From positions 1,500,001 through 1,532,000 of the forward strand of contig NZ_CP040006.1 of the NCBI RefSeq assembly GCF_005696695.1: a DNA stretch of 32,000 nucleotides, given 5' to 3'. Positions within the stretch are counted from its first letter, which is position 1. Each line of letters begins with the position of its first letter. The notes below the pieces were generated by a model, which had not been told where the DNA came from, did not search any database, and worked only from the letters and a program-made list of their open reading frames with translations. The stretch comes from Schaalia odontolytica (GTDB lineage Bacteria > Actinomycetota > Actinomycetes > Actinomycetales > Actinomycetaceae). Positions 7,549 through 16,683 of the stretch are shown here, piece after piece. A program made the translations under genes and the position numbers.

Positions 7549-8229
7549 ATGACCGAGCGTTCGATCAGCGATCGACACCGCGCGATCTTGCGAGTTATCA
7601 ACGAAAAGCTGGCATCCAGCGGCTTCCCTCCGTCTGTGCGCGAGATCGCATCTGCAGTCGGTTTGGCGTCACCCTCGACGGTGAAACATCACCTTGACGC
7701 ACTTGAGGACGACGGATACCTGGTCCGCGAGCCCGGCCTTCCTCGCGCCCTCGACCTCACTGATCGGGCGCGCGCCGAGCTCGGCATCACCCCTTCGTCG
7801 CAGCCGTCTGAGAAGGTCGTTCGCATCGAGGTCCCCGTCTCCCACGTGGAAGAGGAAGGAACGGCAATTCCGCTCGTTGGACGCATCGCTGCGGGTGCCC
7901 CCATCACGGCTGAGCAGCACGTGGAGGACGTTTTCCGTCTTCCCACATCCATGACCGGACACGGCGATCTGTTCATGCTCGAGGTGAGCGGCGAGTCGAT
8001 GGTCGATGCGGGCATCTTCGACGGGGACTACGTTGTCATCCGCTCGCAGAACGAGGCCCGCAACGGTGAGTTCGTCGCTGCCATGATCGACGGCGAAGCG
8101 ACGGTGAAGGAACTGTCCATCACGGGCGGTCACGTCTGGCTCCTGCCCCACAACGCGGACTACTCCCCCATCCCGGGCGACGAAGCCACCATCCTCGGCA
8201 AGGTCGTCACCGTCATTCGTTCACTCTGA
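7549..8229 (+). CDS. lexA: LexA repressor (S24 self-cleaving peptidase)
   Basis: ATG at 7549 follows AAGGAGAG. A winged-HTH N-terminus is present (GFPPSVREIASAVGLASPSTVKHHLDALEDDGYL). The cleavage/catalytic region includes GRIAAGAPI, VSGESMVDAGI and GEATVKEL. Confidence 0.95.
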   Translation: MTERSISDRHRAILRVINEKLASSGFPPSVREIASAVGLASPSTVKHHLDALEDDGYLVREPGLPRALDLTDRARAELGITPSSQPSEKVVRIEVPVSHVEEEGTAIPLVGRIAAGAPITAEQHVEDVFRLPTSMTGHGDLFMLEVSGESMVDAGIFDGDYVVIRSQNEARNGEFVAAMIDGEATVKELSITGGHVWLLPHNADYSPIPGDEATILGKVVTVIRSL

Positions 8230-8233
8230 CGCA

Positions 8234-8285
8234 CCACATAAGCGAGTGGCGCCACCCCGGAGGGTGGCGCCACTCGCTTATGTGG
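8234..8285. terminator. Perfect 24-bp stem / 4-nt loop hairpin between convergent lexA and ldh
   Basis: CCACATAAGCGAGTGGCGCCACCC (8234-8257), loop CGGA, then GGGTGGCGCCACTCGCTTATGTGG (8262-8285). It starts 5 nt after the lexA stop and ends 8 nt before the ldh stop. Confidence 0.75.
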
Positions 8286-8292
8286 AGGAGAC

Positions 8293-9282
8293 TCAGAAGC
8301 CCAGGTCGCGGGCAACCTGACGCAGACGCTGTGCCGATGCGGTCAGGCCGTCGCGCTCGTTGAGCGTGAGCGGCGGGTTGAGGACGCGCCCGGCGCCGTC
8401 GCGGCCCACGATCGTCGGGGCAGCCATGACGACATCCGAGATGCCCTCCCAATCCTCGAGCAGGGTCGAGATGGTGAGGACTCGCTGCTCGTCACGCAGG
8501 ACAGCGCCCGCGATGTTCGCGGCAGACAGGCCGATCGCGTAGTTCGTCGCGCCCTTTCCCTCGATGATCTTGTAGGCGCTCTGGACGACCTCCTGCGCGA
8601 TGGAGTTGCGCAGGGCCGAGTCGAAGACGCCACCGGACAGGGTCGGTCCCCACTGCGACAACGGAACGTTGCCGATCTCGGCGCTAGACCACAGGGCAAC
8701 CTCGGAATCGCCGTGCTCGCCCGCCACGTAGGCGTGGATGTTCTGGGTGGCCACGCCGGTCTCGCGCGAGACCAGGTAGCGCAGACGCGAGGTGTCGAGC
8801 ACAGTGCCCGAACCGAAGACCTGGTTGCGGGGCAGGCCCGTGAGCTTCAGCGCCACGTAGGTGACGACGTCGACGGGGTTCGTGACGAACATGAAGCGGG
8901 CGTCCGGAGCCACATTCTGCAGGTTCGGGACGATCTTCTTCATGAGGTTGACGGTCGAACCGGCCAGCTCCAGGCGGGACTGCCCGGGCTGCTGCTTCGC
9001 CCCAGCCGTCACGATGATCAGGTCGGCACCACGAACGATCTCAACGTCGTCCGAGCCTTCGATCGAGCCGGCGGGCGTGAACTGGATGCCGTGGGCCATG
9101 TCGAGGGCCTCGGCCTCCACCTTGGCCTTGTTGATGTCCTGAAGGACGATCGAGCGAGCATCGCCGCGCATCGCGCAGGCGTACGCGACGGCCGTACCGA
9201 CGGCACCGGCACCGATGATGGCGATCTTGGAGGGACGTCCGGAGGACTTTGACGGGTACAGGGTCTGGGCTTTATTTTCCAC
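8293..9282 (-). CDS. ldh: L-lactate dehydrogenase
   Basis: NAD-binding IAIIGAGAVG, substrate/catalytic motifs VTNPVD and AGEHGDS. The GTG start at 9282 has an AGGAG SD 7 nt upstream. Confidence 0.9.
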   Translation of the reverse strand: MENKAQTLYPSKSSGRPSKIAIIGAGAVGTAVAYACAMRGDARSIVLQDINKAKVEAEALDMAHGIQFTPAGSIEGSDDVEIVRGADLIIVTAGAKQQPGQSRLELAGSTVNLMKKIVPNLQNVAPDARFMFVTNPVDVVTYVALKLTGLPRNQVFGSGTVLDTSRLRYLVSRETGVATQNIHAYVAGEHGDSEVALWSSAEIGNVPLSQWGPTLSGGVFDSALRNSIAQEVVQSAYKIIEGKGATNYAIGLSAANIAGAVLRDEQRVLTISTLLEDWEGISDVVMAAPTIVGRDGAGRVLNPPLTLNERDGLTASAQRLRQVARDLGF

Positions 9283-9384
9283 GAGTGTCTCCTACGGTCT
9301 GCGGGCACCCCCATTGTCTCAGATAGGGGCTTGTCCGCGCCCGTTATCTGCACGACGTTTTACGTGCCCGTGGAGCGCTCGTCC

Positions 9385-11325
9385 CTACTGGTCAGAACCC
9401 TTCGCGAGGCGTCGCAGGGCACCGCGAACAACCTCCGGATCCGTCGTCGGCCACATGGCGGGTAGGGAACGCATGATGAAGCCGCCGTAGCGCTTGATCA
9501 CCACGCGCGGATCGAGAATCGCCACGACTCCCCGGTCGTCGGTCGAACGCAGGAGGCGCCCCACGCCCTGGGCCATCATGAGCGCCGCGTGCGTGAGGGA
9601 GACCGACACGAAGCCGTTCCCTCCCCTGCGCTCGACGTCCATCGAGCGGGCACGCGAGACGGGATCATCCGGGCGCGGGAACGGGATTTTGTCGATGACG
9701 ACGAGGCGGCAGGCATCCCCCGCGACGTCGACGCCCTGCCACAGGGACATCGTGCCCACCAGGCACGAGTCGCGTTCCTCCCGGAACCGCTGGATCAGCT
9801 GCGCCAGGGTCTCTTCGCCCTGCAGGTAGACGGTCAGGTCCGTGCGCTCACGCAGGGCCTGCGCTCCCGCCATCGCCCCGCGTCGCGACGCGAAGAGGGC
9901 GAGCACCCCACCGCCCGAGGCCTGCGCCAGCTCCACGAGCTCATCAAGCAGCTCCTCGGAGGGGCCGTCTCGTCCCGGCAGCGGTAGATGGGTCGCCACG
10001 TAGCGGATGCCCTGGCGACCGTGATCGAAGGGAGATCCGACGTCGATGCCGTGCCACGGCACCCCGGAGACGGCCATGCCGGCCTGGGCAGCCATGAAGT
10101 CGAAGTTTCCGCCGAGCGCGAGGGTCGCCGAGGTGAGGATCGCGGGTCGCTCGCCGATGCCGGTCCCACCGATCGCAGCCGACACGTCAAGAGGCCCGAC
10201 GGTCAAGCGCGCGTTGTCCGATTCGTCCTTCGTGATGTAGGCAATCGACTGGTCGGGATCACGCCCCCACGCGTCGAGAGCGCCGATCAGCTCGTCGATA
10301 GCCGCGCGGGCAAGGAGCTTGGCGGCGGGTTCTCCCTGCGCCTCGGACACCTCGTGGCTGGCGCGACGGGCAGTGCCGTCCAGCACGATCATCGCGTCGA
10401 CGAGGGCGCTCGGACGATACTCGAGGAGCCCCGCCTCCAGGGGAGCCATGGCCGCACCCAACCCGGCCCCGGCCTCGTCCAGGTCGGTGGAATCGATCGA
10501 GAGATTCGAGCGCAGGGAGCGGGCCACGCGGCTCACGCGGGCAACCGTCAGGTCGGCCGCAGCCTGGGAGCGCACGCGGTCGGCCAGCTCATGGGCCTCG
10601 TCGATGACGACGGCATCGTACTCGCCGAAGAGTTCACCCTCGCCGCACGCGTTGATACCAAACAACGAATGGTTCGTGACAACGACATCCGCGTCCGCGG
10701 CCTCCTGGCGAGCGGCCTGCGCGAAGCACTCGTCGATGAGCGGGCAGTGCTTGCCCAGGCACTCGGGTTTGGCGACCGAGGCGTGGTGCCAGGCTCGATC
10801 CGAGACGCCCGGAACCAGGTCGTCACGGTCCCCCGTCGTGGTCTCGCTGATCCACTCGCGGATACGCAGGATCTCCTTACCGAGCTCGCCCGTCGGGCCA
10901 ACGCTCACGTCCTGATCCTCAAACAGCGTGCCCTCAGTGGGGTACCCGCCGTCCAGCTTGTGCAGGCACGCGTAGTTCGACCAGCCCTTAAGCACCGCAA
11001 CCTTCAGGCGCGCGCCCGTGACCGAGGCGACCGCGTCGACGACCACCGGAGCGTCCTTGACGAGGATCTGGCGCTGCAGCGCGAGCGTCGCCGTCGAGAC
11101 CACCCCGCGCACGCCGTTCGTCGCGCAGTACGTCAGCAGAGGCACGAGGTAGCCCACGGACTTTCCCGTGCCCGTGCCCGCCTGCACGAGGAGATGCTGG
11201 CGGTCCTCCAGGGCCGCGGCGCCTTCGGCGACCATCGAGGCCTGCCCCTCGCGCGGGGACCCACCCATCTGGGCGACGACCACGTCCAGGACGCGACCCG
11301 AGGCCTCGACCAGGTCCGCGCTCAC
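9385..11325 (-). CDS. dinG: DinG/Rad3-family ATP-dependent DNA helicase (Fe-S type)
   Basis: Walker A QAGTGTGKSVGYLVP, DEAH box VVIDEAHEL, and a four-Cys pattern (YACLHK ... PECLGKHCPLIDECF) typical of the XPD/DinG Fe-S domain. The GTG start at 11325 overlaps the hflX stop (GTGA). Confidence 0.85.
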   Translation of the reverse strand: MSADLVEASGRVLDVVVAQMGGSPREGQASMVAEGAAALEDRQHLLVQAGTGTGKSVGYLVPLLTYCATNGVRGVVSTATLALQRQILVKDAPVVVDAVASVTGARLKVAVLKGWSNYACLHKLDGGYPTEGTLFEDQDVSVGPTGELGKEILRIREWISETTTGDRDDLVPGVSDRAWHHASVAKPECLGKHCPLIDECFAQAARQEAADADVVVTNHSLFGINACGEGELFGEYDAVVIDEAHELADRVRSQAAADLTVARVSRVARSLRSNLSIDSTDLDEAGAGLGAAMAPLEAGLLEYRPSALVDAMIVLDGTARRASHEVSEAQGEPAAKLLARAAIDELIGALDAWGRDPDQSIAYITKDESDNARLTVGPLDVSAAIGGTGIGERPAILTSATLALGGNFDFMAAQAGMAVSGVPWHGIDVGSPFDHGRQGIRYVATHLPLPGRDGPSEELLDELVELAQASGGGVLALFASRRGAMAGAQALRERTDLTVYLQGEETLAQLIQRFREERDSCLVGTMSLWQGVDVAGDACRLVVIDKIPFPRPDDPVSRARSMDVERRGGNGFVSVSLTHAALMMAQGVGRLLRSTDDRGVVAILDPRVVIKRYGGFIMRSLPAMWPTTDPEVVRGALRRLAKGSDQ

Positions 11326-12854
11326 GCTCCGCTCACCGCCGCATCGCCCACGGTGCCGCCCACCGCTTCGCGGGCGATGACGGCGGCCAGGGCCTCGTCG
11401 ACGCGAGCCACGATGCGCGTGCCCATCTCGACGTATTCCTCGCGCTCGACGTCGCCCTCCTCGTGGATACGGTGCACGAGGGAGCCTGCCGAGTACGGCA
11501 GGATCGCGTCGACGGCGACGCGAGGCCGGGGCAGCATGTCTTCGAGGGCGGCGCGCAGCGCCTCCACGCCCCAGCCCGTGTGTGCGCTCAGCGGCACAGC
11601 GTTCGGGAAGACCGTGCGCAGCAGGGCGATCTGCTCGGGCGAGGCCAGGTCGGCCTTGTTCAGCGCGATCAGCTCCGGGATCTCCGAGGCTCCCTCGATG
11701 GTGTCGATGACCGAGCGGACGGCCTGCACCTGGGAGACCGGGTCGGGGTGCGCGGCGTCCACGACGTGCAAGATGACGTCGGCCTGGCCGACCTCCTCCA
11801 GGGTTGAGCGGAAGGCCTCGACCAGCTGGGTGGGCAGGTTGCGCACGAAGCCGACCGTGTCGGTGAGGGTGTACTCGCGACCGTCTGCGGCGCGCGCACG
11901 GCGCACCGTCGGGTCCAGCGTTGCAAACAGCGCGTCCTGGACGAGGACGCCCGCGTCGGTCAAGCGATTGAGCAGCGTCGACTTACCCGCGTTCGTGTAC
12001 CCGGCGATGGCCACCGACGGCACTGCCCCGCGGCGGCGCGAATTGCGCTGGGTGCGGCGGGCGGGTTCCATGCGCGCGATGTCCGCGCGTAGCTTCGCCA
12101 TGCGCGTGCGGATGCGGCGACGGTCCAGCTCGATCTTGGTCTCACCGGGGCCGCGAGAGCCGATACCAGCGCCGCCCGCGACGCGGCCGCCGGCCTGACG
12201 GGACATCGACTCGCCCCAGCCGCGCAGACGCGGCAGCAGGTACTCGAGCTGCGCGAGCTCCACCTGCGCCTTGCCCTCACGGGACTTGGCGTGCTGGGCG
12301 AAAATGTCGAGAATGAGGGCCGTGCGGTCGACGACCTTCGCGTCGACGACGTCCTCCAGCCCACGACGCTGGGAGGGGGCCAGCTCCTCGTCAACGATGA
12401 CGGTGTCGGCCTCGACGCTGCGTACGATGTCGGCCAGCTCTCGGGCCTTGCCAGACCCCAGGTAGGTTGCGGGGTCGGGCTTCATGCGGCGCTGGATGAT
12501 GCCGTCAAGCACGCGCGAACCGGCGGTCTCCGCGAGCGCGGCCAGCTCACGCAGCGAGTTCTCGGCTTCCTCTTCGCTCTGCGTGGTACGCAGGCCCACG
12601 AGCACGACCTTTTCGAGTCGGACCTGGCGGTATTCGACCTCGGAGATGTCCTCACGGTCGGAGGCGCCCGTGTCGACGCGGCGCGTGCCCGCGCGGGCCT
12701 CGCGCTCGAGGGCACCGGCGTCCTGGGAGGTGTCCTGACCCGTCGTCGATGCGAGCGCCGTTCCCGAGCGCGCGAGGATACGCGCGACAACGTCGTTGAC
12801 GCGCTGGTCGCGCTCTTCGTTCGAAGAGTCCGCACCTGTGTGGGTCGTGTCCAT
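11322..12854 (-). CDS. hflX: GTPase HflX
   Basis: G motifs GYTNAGKST, DTVGF and NKAD, plus the HflX N-domain (LGSGKARELADIV). ATG at 12854 has AAGGA about 7 nt upstream, and ATG at 12860 is an alternative. The remainder of the 653-aa track ORF is an unsupported N-terminal over-extension. Confidence 0.88.
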   Translation of the reverse strand: MDTTHTGADSSNEERDQRVNDVVARILARSGTALASTTGQDTSQDAGALEREARAGTRRVDTGASDREDISEVEYRQVRLEKVVLVGLRTTQSEEEAENSLRELAALAETAGSRVLDGIIQRRMKPDPATYLGSGKARELADIVRSVEADTVIVDEELAPSQRRGLEDVVDAKVVDRTALILDIFAQHAKSREGKAQVELAQLEYLLPRLRGWGESMSRQAGGRVAGGAGIGSRGPGETKIELDRRRIRTRMAKLRADIARMEPARRTQRNSRRRGAVPSVAIAGYTNAGKSTLLNRLTDAGVLVQDALFATLDPTVRRARAADGREYTLTDTVGFVRNLPTQLVEAFRSTLEEVGQADVILHVVDAAHPDPVSQVQAVRSVIDTIEGASEIPELIALNKADLASPEQIALLRTVFPNAVPLSAHTGWGVEALRAALEDMLPRPRVAVDAILPYSAGSLVHRIHEEGDVEREEYVEMGTRIVARVDEALAAVIAREAVGGTVGDAAVSGA

Positions 12855-12939
12855 AACCATCCTTTTCGTGGGGGCTTCTAGTGTCGCACGCGCCGCCCCC
12901 ATCTGCGCCTGCGCGCGCGGGCGCGATAGGCTTTCTTCC

Positions 12940-13554
12940 GTGGACGAACAGTATTTCACCGACTCTTCCCCTGCGAGCGCGGAGGAGATCCGCACGATCG
13001 AGGTGAGCGCGCGCGGCTTCGACCTGTCGATGCGCGTGTCGTCGCGCGTGTTCTCGGGTTCTAAGCTCGATCTGGGCACACGCCAGCTCCTGGAGATCGC
13101 CCCAGATTTGCCCGAGGACGGGACTTTCCTGGACCTGGGCTGCGGATGGGGCCCGATCGCGACGATCATGTCGTTGGAGTCCCCGAATGCCGACGTGTGG
13201 GCGGTGGACGTGAACTCTCGCGCGGTGGATCTGACGCAGCGCAACGCCCAGTCCAACGGGGCAAAGGGCGTGCGCGCGCTCAAAGCGGAGGAGGCGCTGA
13301 CCTCTTCTCAGGAGTCGGATGCCCGATTCGACGTCATCTGGTCGAACCCGCCCGTGCGCATCGGCAAGGACGCGATGCACGAGATGCTGCTGGCATGGCT
13401 GGGCAGGCTTGCCCCCACCGGCGTCGCCTATCTCGTCGTCCAGCGCAACCTGGGCGCCGATTCGCTGATCACGTGGCTGAACGGCCAGGGCTTCCAGGCC
13501 TCGAAGTACGCGTCCAAGAAGGGCTTCCGCATCATCGAGGTCCGCCCCGCCTGA
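12940..13554 (+). CDS. Class I SAM-dependent methyltransferase (RsmC/RlmG-like small-domain type)
   Basis: Motif I FLDLGCGWGPIA and motif IV NPPV. The GTG at 12940 is chosen so that the gene does not overlap hflX. The SD is weak, so the start is uncertain. Confidence 0.7.
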   Translation: MDEQYFTDSSPASAEEIRTIEVSARGFDLSMRVSSRVFSGSKLDLGTRQLLEIAPDLPEDGTFLDLGCGWGPIATIMSLESPNADVWAVDVNSRAVDLTQRNAQSNGAKGVRALKAEEALTSSQESDARFDVIWSNPPVRIGKDAMHEMLLAWLGRLAPTGVAYLVVQRNLGADSLITWLNGQGFQASKYASKKGFRIIEVRPA

Positions 13555-13569
13555 CGCCTTCCTCTTCCT

Positions 13570-13591
13570 CGACGAGGCCTGGGCCTCGTCG
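13570..13591. terminator. Short GC hairpin between the convergent methyltransferase and dapF genes
   Basis: CGACGAGGC(C) / (G)GCCTCGTCG forms a 9-10 bp stem starting 16 nt after the methyltransferase stop. Confidence 0.4.
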
Positions 13592-13623
13592 CGCTCTCCG
13601 GCCCCGTTGTCTGGGAGCCGGGC

Positions 13624-14547
13624 TCAGGGCAGGCGGATCTCGGCGACTCGGGTCGCGGGACCGGTGAGGAACACCGAGGCGTCCGTGATCCGGGGGCTCT
13701 CCCCCGACCAATCGATGACGCCGTCGAGGCCGACGATGACCGTTCCGCCCGGAATGTCGACGACCCACTGGGTGGGCGTACCGGGACCGCGACGCAGAGC
13801 CGTGGCGAGGGCCGCCGCGCAGCATCCGGTGCCGCACGCCTGGGTCTCCCCCACGCCTCGTTCCAGCACGCGCATCGCGATGTGCCCACGCTCCCCGCCC
13901 GGCTCGGTCAGGTCGACGACCAGCTCGAGGTTCGTCCCCGCCTGGGGCGCCGGCTCGTAAGAGGGGCGCTGTGCCTGCGGGATCTGGGACACGTCAACGG
14001 TGGGCAGGAAAACCTCGCGCAGGGTCTCCTCGTCGGCAAGCTCGACGACCGTGTGCGGGTTGGGCATATCCACCCAGATACCGCCGAGCACGCCGTCGAT
14101 TCCCGGAACGGTCACCGTGATCGTCTCGCGCGCCGGAGAGGCCGCCGGCCCCATGTCGACGCGGTAGCTCGCTCCCTGCCCCTCGTCCTCGGATTCGGGG
14201 GTCACGCGCTTGATGCCGCCGCGCGTGGCCACATCCAGCGTCTGCCCAACCGGCAGATCCACGAGGCCCTCGCGGCGCAGGTGATCGACGAAGACGCGCA
14301 CGCCATTACCGCACATCTCAGCCTTCGAGCCGTCTGCGTTGCGGTAGTCCATGAACCACAGGCCGTCGCGTTCGACGGCCCGGATGAAGCCATCCGCGCC
14401 GATCCCGAAGGCAGGCGAGCACAGCGTCGCGACCTCAGCCTCGCTGGGGTCGTAGTCGTCGTATTGGTCCGTGGCGACAACGAAGGAATTACCGGCACCG
14501 TGGGCCTTGACGACGCGGGCGTGGGCGGGCAGCTGCGTGTTCATCAT
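13624..14547 (-). CDS. dapF: Diaminopimelate epimerase
   Basis: MMNTQLPAHARVVKAHGAGNSFVV, with both catalytic Cys contexts (MCGNGVR and ACGTGCCA). GGAG lies just upstream of the paired ATGs at 14547 and 14544. The upstream part of the 365-aa track ORF is rejected. Confidence 0.9.
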   Translation of the reverse strand: MMNTQLPAHARVVKAHGAGNSFVVATDQYDDYDPSEAEVATLCSPAFGIGADGFIRAVERDGLWFMDYRNADGSKAEMCGNGVRVFVDHLRREGLVDLPVGQTLDVATRGGIKRVTPESEDEGQGASYRVDMGPAASPARETITVTVPGIDGVLGGIWVDMPNPHTVVELADEETLREVFLPTVDVSQIPQAQRPSYEPAPQAGTNLELVVDLTEPGGERGHIAMRVLERGVGETQACGTGCCAAALATALRRGPGTPTQWVVDIPGGTVIVGLDGVIDWSGESPRITDASVFLTGPATRVAEIRLP

Positions 14548-14594
14548 GGCTCCACCGTAGCCCCCGACTCCAGTGCGCGCAGGCCCCGCCCGTG

Positions 14595-15584
14595 TTACGA
14601 GCGTCCCAGGGCGGCCTCTGCCTCGCGCTGCGTCAGCTCGACAACGTGGCGCACCACGGCCTCGTTCGAGTCGAAATTCTCCACGTCCAGCCAGTGCACG
14701 CGAGGATCCGGTCGCAGCCACTTGACCTGGCGGCGCGCCAGCTGACGCGTGGCCAGCGCGATAGACTCCACGGCCTCGTCCTCACTCATCTGTCCGTCGA
14801 TGACCGCGAGCGCCTGGGCGTATCCCGTGGCACGGGACGCGGTCTTCGCCTCGCGCAGGCCCACATCGATGAGGCCGCGCACTTCCTCGATGAGTCCGCC
14901 GTCCATCATGGCGCGGGTACGCACCGCAATGCGCTCGTCCAGCTCCTCCATCGGGCGACGCAGCGCCACCATGAGCGAGGGCGCCACGAACTCGTGGCGA
15001 GGCATGGACGCCGAATAGGGGCGCCCGGTCAGCTCGATGACCTCGAGGGCGCGGATGATCCGGCGGGCGTTGTGCGGGTCGATGCGTTCGGCCGAGACCG
15101 GGTCGAGCTGGGTGAGGCGATCATGCAGGCCGCGCGAGCCCATCGGGCCCTCGGCTTCTTCTTCGAGTCGGGCGCGCACTGCCGGGTCCGTGCCCGGGAA
15201 TTCGATGACGTCCAGGAGGGCGCGCTGGTACAGGCCTGAGCCTCCCGCGACCACCGCGACGCCCCCGCGCTCGTGAATACCAGCCACATCGGCTCGCGCG
15301 TGCTTCTGGTAGGCGGCCACCGAGGCCTCGTCGCGAACCTCCAGCACATCGATCTGGTGATGGGCGATCCCGCGGCGTTCCTCCACCGGGGTCTTAGCCG
15401 TTCCCACGTCCATGCCTCGGTAGAGCTGCAGGGCGTCCGCGGAGACGATCTCGCCCGCGCCGCTCGCGCCCAGCGCACCCGGAAGCACGCAGGCCAGCTC
15501 CAGGGCCAGATCCGACTTGCCCGAGGCCGTGGGCCCCACAACCGCGCACACGACGTCCGACGCGCGCCTCACCGATGTCTCCAT
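14595..15584 (-). CDS. miaA: tRNA dimethylallyltransferase
   Basis: P-loop VVGPTASGKSDLAL, and the conserved QLYRGMDVGTAK and HHQIDV. ATG at 15584 gives a typical length of 329 aa. The 566-aa track ORF is an over-extension. Confidence 0.9.
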   Translation of the reverse strand: METSVRRASDVVCAVVGPTASGKSDLALELACVLPGALGASGAGEIVSADALQLYRGMDVGTAKTPVEERRGIAHHQIDVLEVRDEASVAAYQKHARADVAGIHERGGVAVVAGGSGLYQRALLDVIEFPGTDPAVRARLEEEAEGPMGSRGLHDRLTQLDPVSAERIDPHNARRIIRALEVIELTGRPYSASMPRHEFVAPSLMVALRRPMEELDERIAVRTRAMMDGGLIEEVRGLIDVGLREAKTASRATGYAQALAVIDGQMSEDEAVESIALATRQLARRQVKWLRPDPRVHWLDVENFDSNEAVVRHVVELTQREAEAALGRS

Positions 15585-15644
15585 GGCCACCAGTGTACGG
15601 GTGCCTCCCGCAGATACCACCCAACAACGGCTAGGCTTAAGACC

Positions 15645-16091
15645 ATGAGCACAACTGACACTCTCCCGGTCACCCTCGACCGGATCACCCAAGCGGTCGA
15701 GGCCGTGGGGCTTATCCCCTTCGTGTCCAACACCGGCCAGGTCGCGGCCATCCTGCCGAACCGCACCGTCCGCATCGCTGTCCCCGAGGGCCACCCCGCC
15801 CAGGGCGTCGCCGACTACCCGCGTTTCTTCGATCCCTCGCACGCCGATCAGATCGCTTCCACGGTGCGTCGCCTCAACGCCTCCACCTACCTGCCGAAGG
15901 TCACCTCCGGCACAACCGAGACCGGGGCGATCGCCCTGCACCTGCAGCACACCTTCAACTGGGTCGTGGGTGCGACGGATGACCAGGTCGCCGCCGAGGT
16001 CTCCCAGTTCATCATGGCCGCCGTGGCGATGATGAACCAGCTCGACATCATGTTCCCCGACCAGTGGACCAAGGAGGGCACCAATGCCTGA
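15645..16091 (+). CDS. YbjN-domain (T3SS-chaperone-like fold) protein, paralog 1
   Basis: 148 aa starting at ATG 15645. The pattern LDRITQAVEAVG...RRLNASTYLPKV...QFIMAAVAMMNQLDIMFP resembles the YbjN family. The stop overlaps the next start (ATGCCTGA). Confidence 0.6.
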   Translation: MSTTDTLPVTLDRITQAVEAVGLIPFVSNTGQVAAILPNRTVRIAVPEGHPAQGVADYPRFFDPSHADQIASTVRRLNASTYLPKVTSGTTETGAIALHLQHTFNWVVGATDDQVAAEVSQFIMAAVAMMNQLDIMFPDQWTKEGTNA

Positions 16092-16623
16092 GTGGAAGAG
16101 CTCTACCTTCGGCGAGGGCGGCGAGGCCGTTCCCGAGGCCACGCCCGCCCCCGCAGCCCCCTCCCCCGCGATGGAAGCCGACGAATACGCCGCCAAGTGG
16201 GGCACCGAGGTCGCCGAGGTGAGCATCGCTCGCATCGAGAACGTCCTCGAAGGTGACGGACTGCCGCACGGGTCGAGCGAGTTCATCGCCGTCACCCAGC
16301 TGGAGGACGTGCGTTTCCAGATTCACCGCGAGCCGGTCGACGCCCCCTGGCTGCAGATCGAAACCCGCATCGAACCCGAGGGCGAGGGCCACACCGAGCT
16401 GTCCCTCCAGGCGGTCGCCAACCGCTGGAACACCGAACACCTGCAGCCCACCGTCATCCCGATCGAAGACAAGGGCAAGTGGGTCCTGGTGGCCGCCTCG
16501 CGTTTCTTCGTGGGCGAGGGCCTCTCGGACCGTCAGATCCACGCGATGCTGCGCCGCGGCCTCATCATCGGCCTGTCGGCGGCTCAGGAGCTGCCCGGCC
16601 TGCTGGCAGAGTCTGCCAAGTAA
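16084..16623 (+). CDS. YbjN-domain protein, paralog 2, with an Ala/Pro/Glu-rich N-terminal leader
   Basis: 179 aa. IARIENVLEGDGL...VANRWNTEHLQPTV...GLSDRQIHAMLRRGL matches the YbjN-family pattern (NxWN...P). Confidence 0.6.
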   Translation: MPEWKSSTFGEGGEAVPEATPAPAAPSPAMEADEYAAKWGTEVAEVSIARIENVLEGDGLPHGSSEFIAVTQLEDVRFQIHREPVDAPWLQIETRIEPEGEGHTELSLQAVANRWNTEHLQPTVIPIEDKGKWVLVAASRFFVGEGLSDRQIHAMLRRGLIIGLSAAQELPGLLAESAK

Positions 16624-16646
16624 CGCCAGCCGCGCATCCAACGAAT

Positions 16647-16683
16647 AGTGCCCCGTTCCTCCGTCTGGGAGGAGCGGGGCACT
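16647..16683. terminator. 16-bp stem hairpin 24 nt after the YbjN-like operon stop
   Basis: AGTGCCCCGTTCCTCC (16647-16662), loop GTCTG, then GGAGGAGCGGGGCACT (16668-16683), with one G-U pair. Confidence 0.65.

Noticed and set aside
15585-16295. N-terminal over-extensions of track ORFs: miaA to 16295, hflX to 13283, dapF to 14721, rnj to 28556, LysM to 7601, lexA from 7255 and pgsA to 22500.
   Set aside because: The extensions overlap neighbouring real genes or operators, lack homology to the families concerned, and internal starts with SD sequences give canonical protein lengths.
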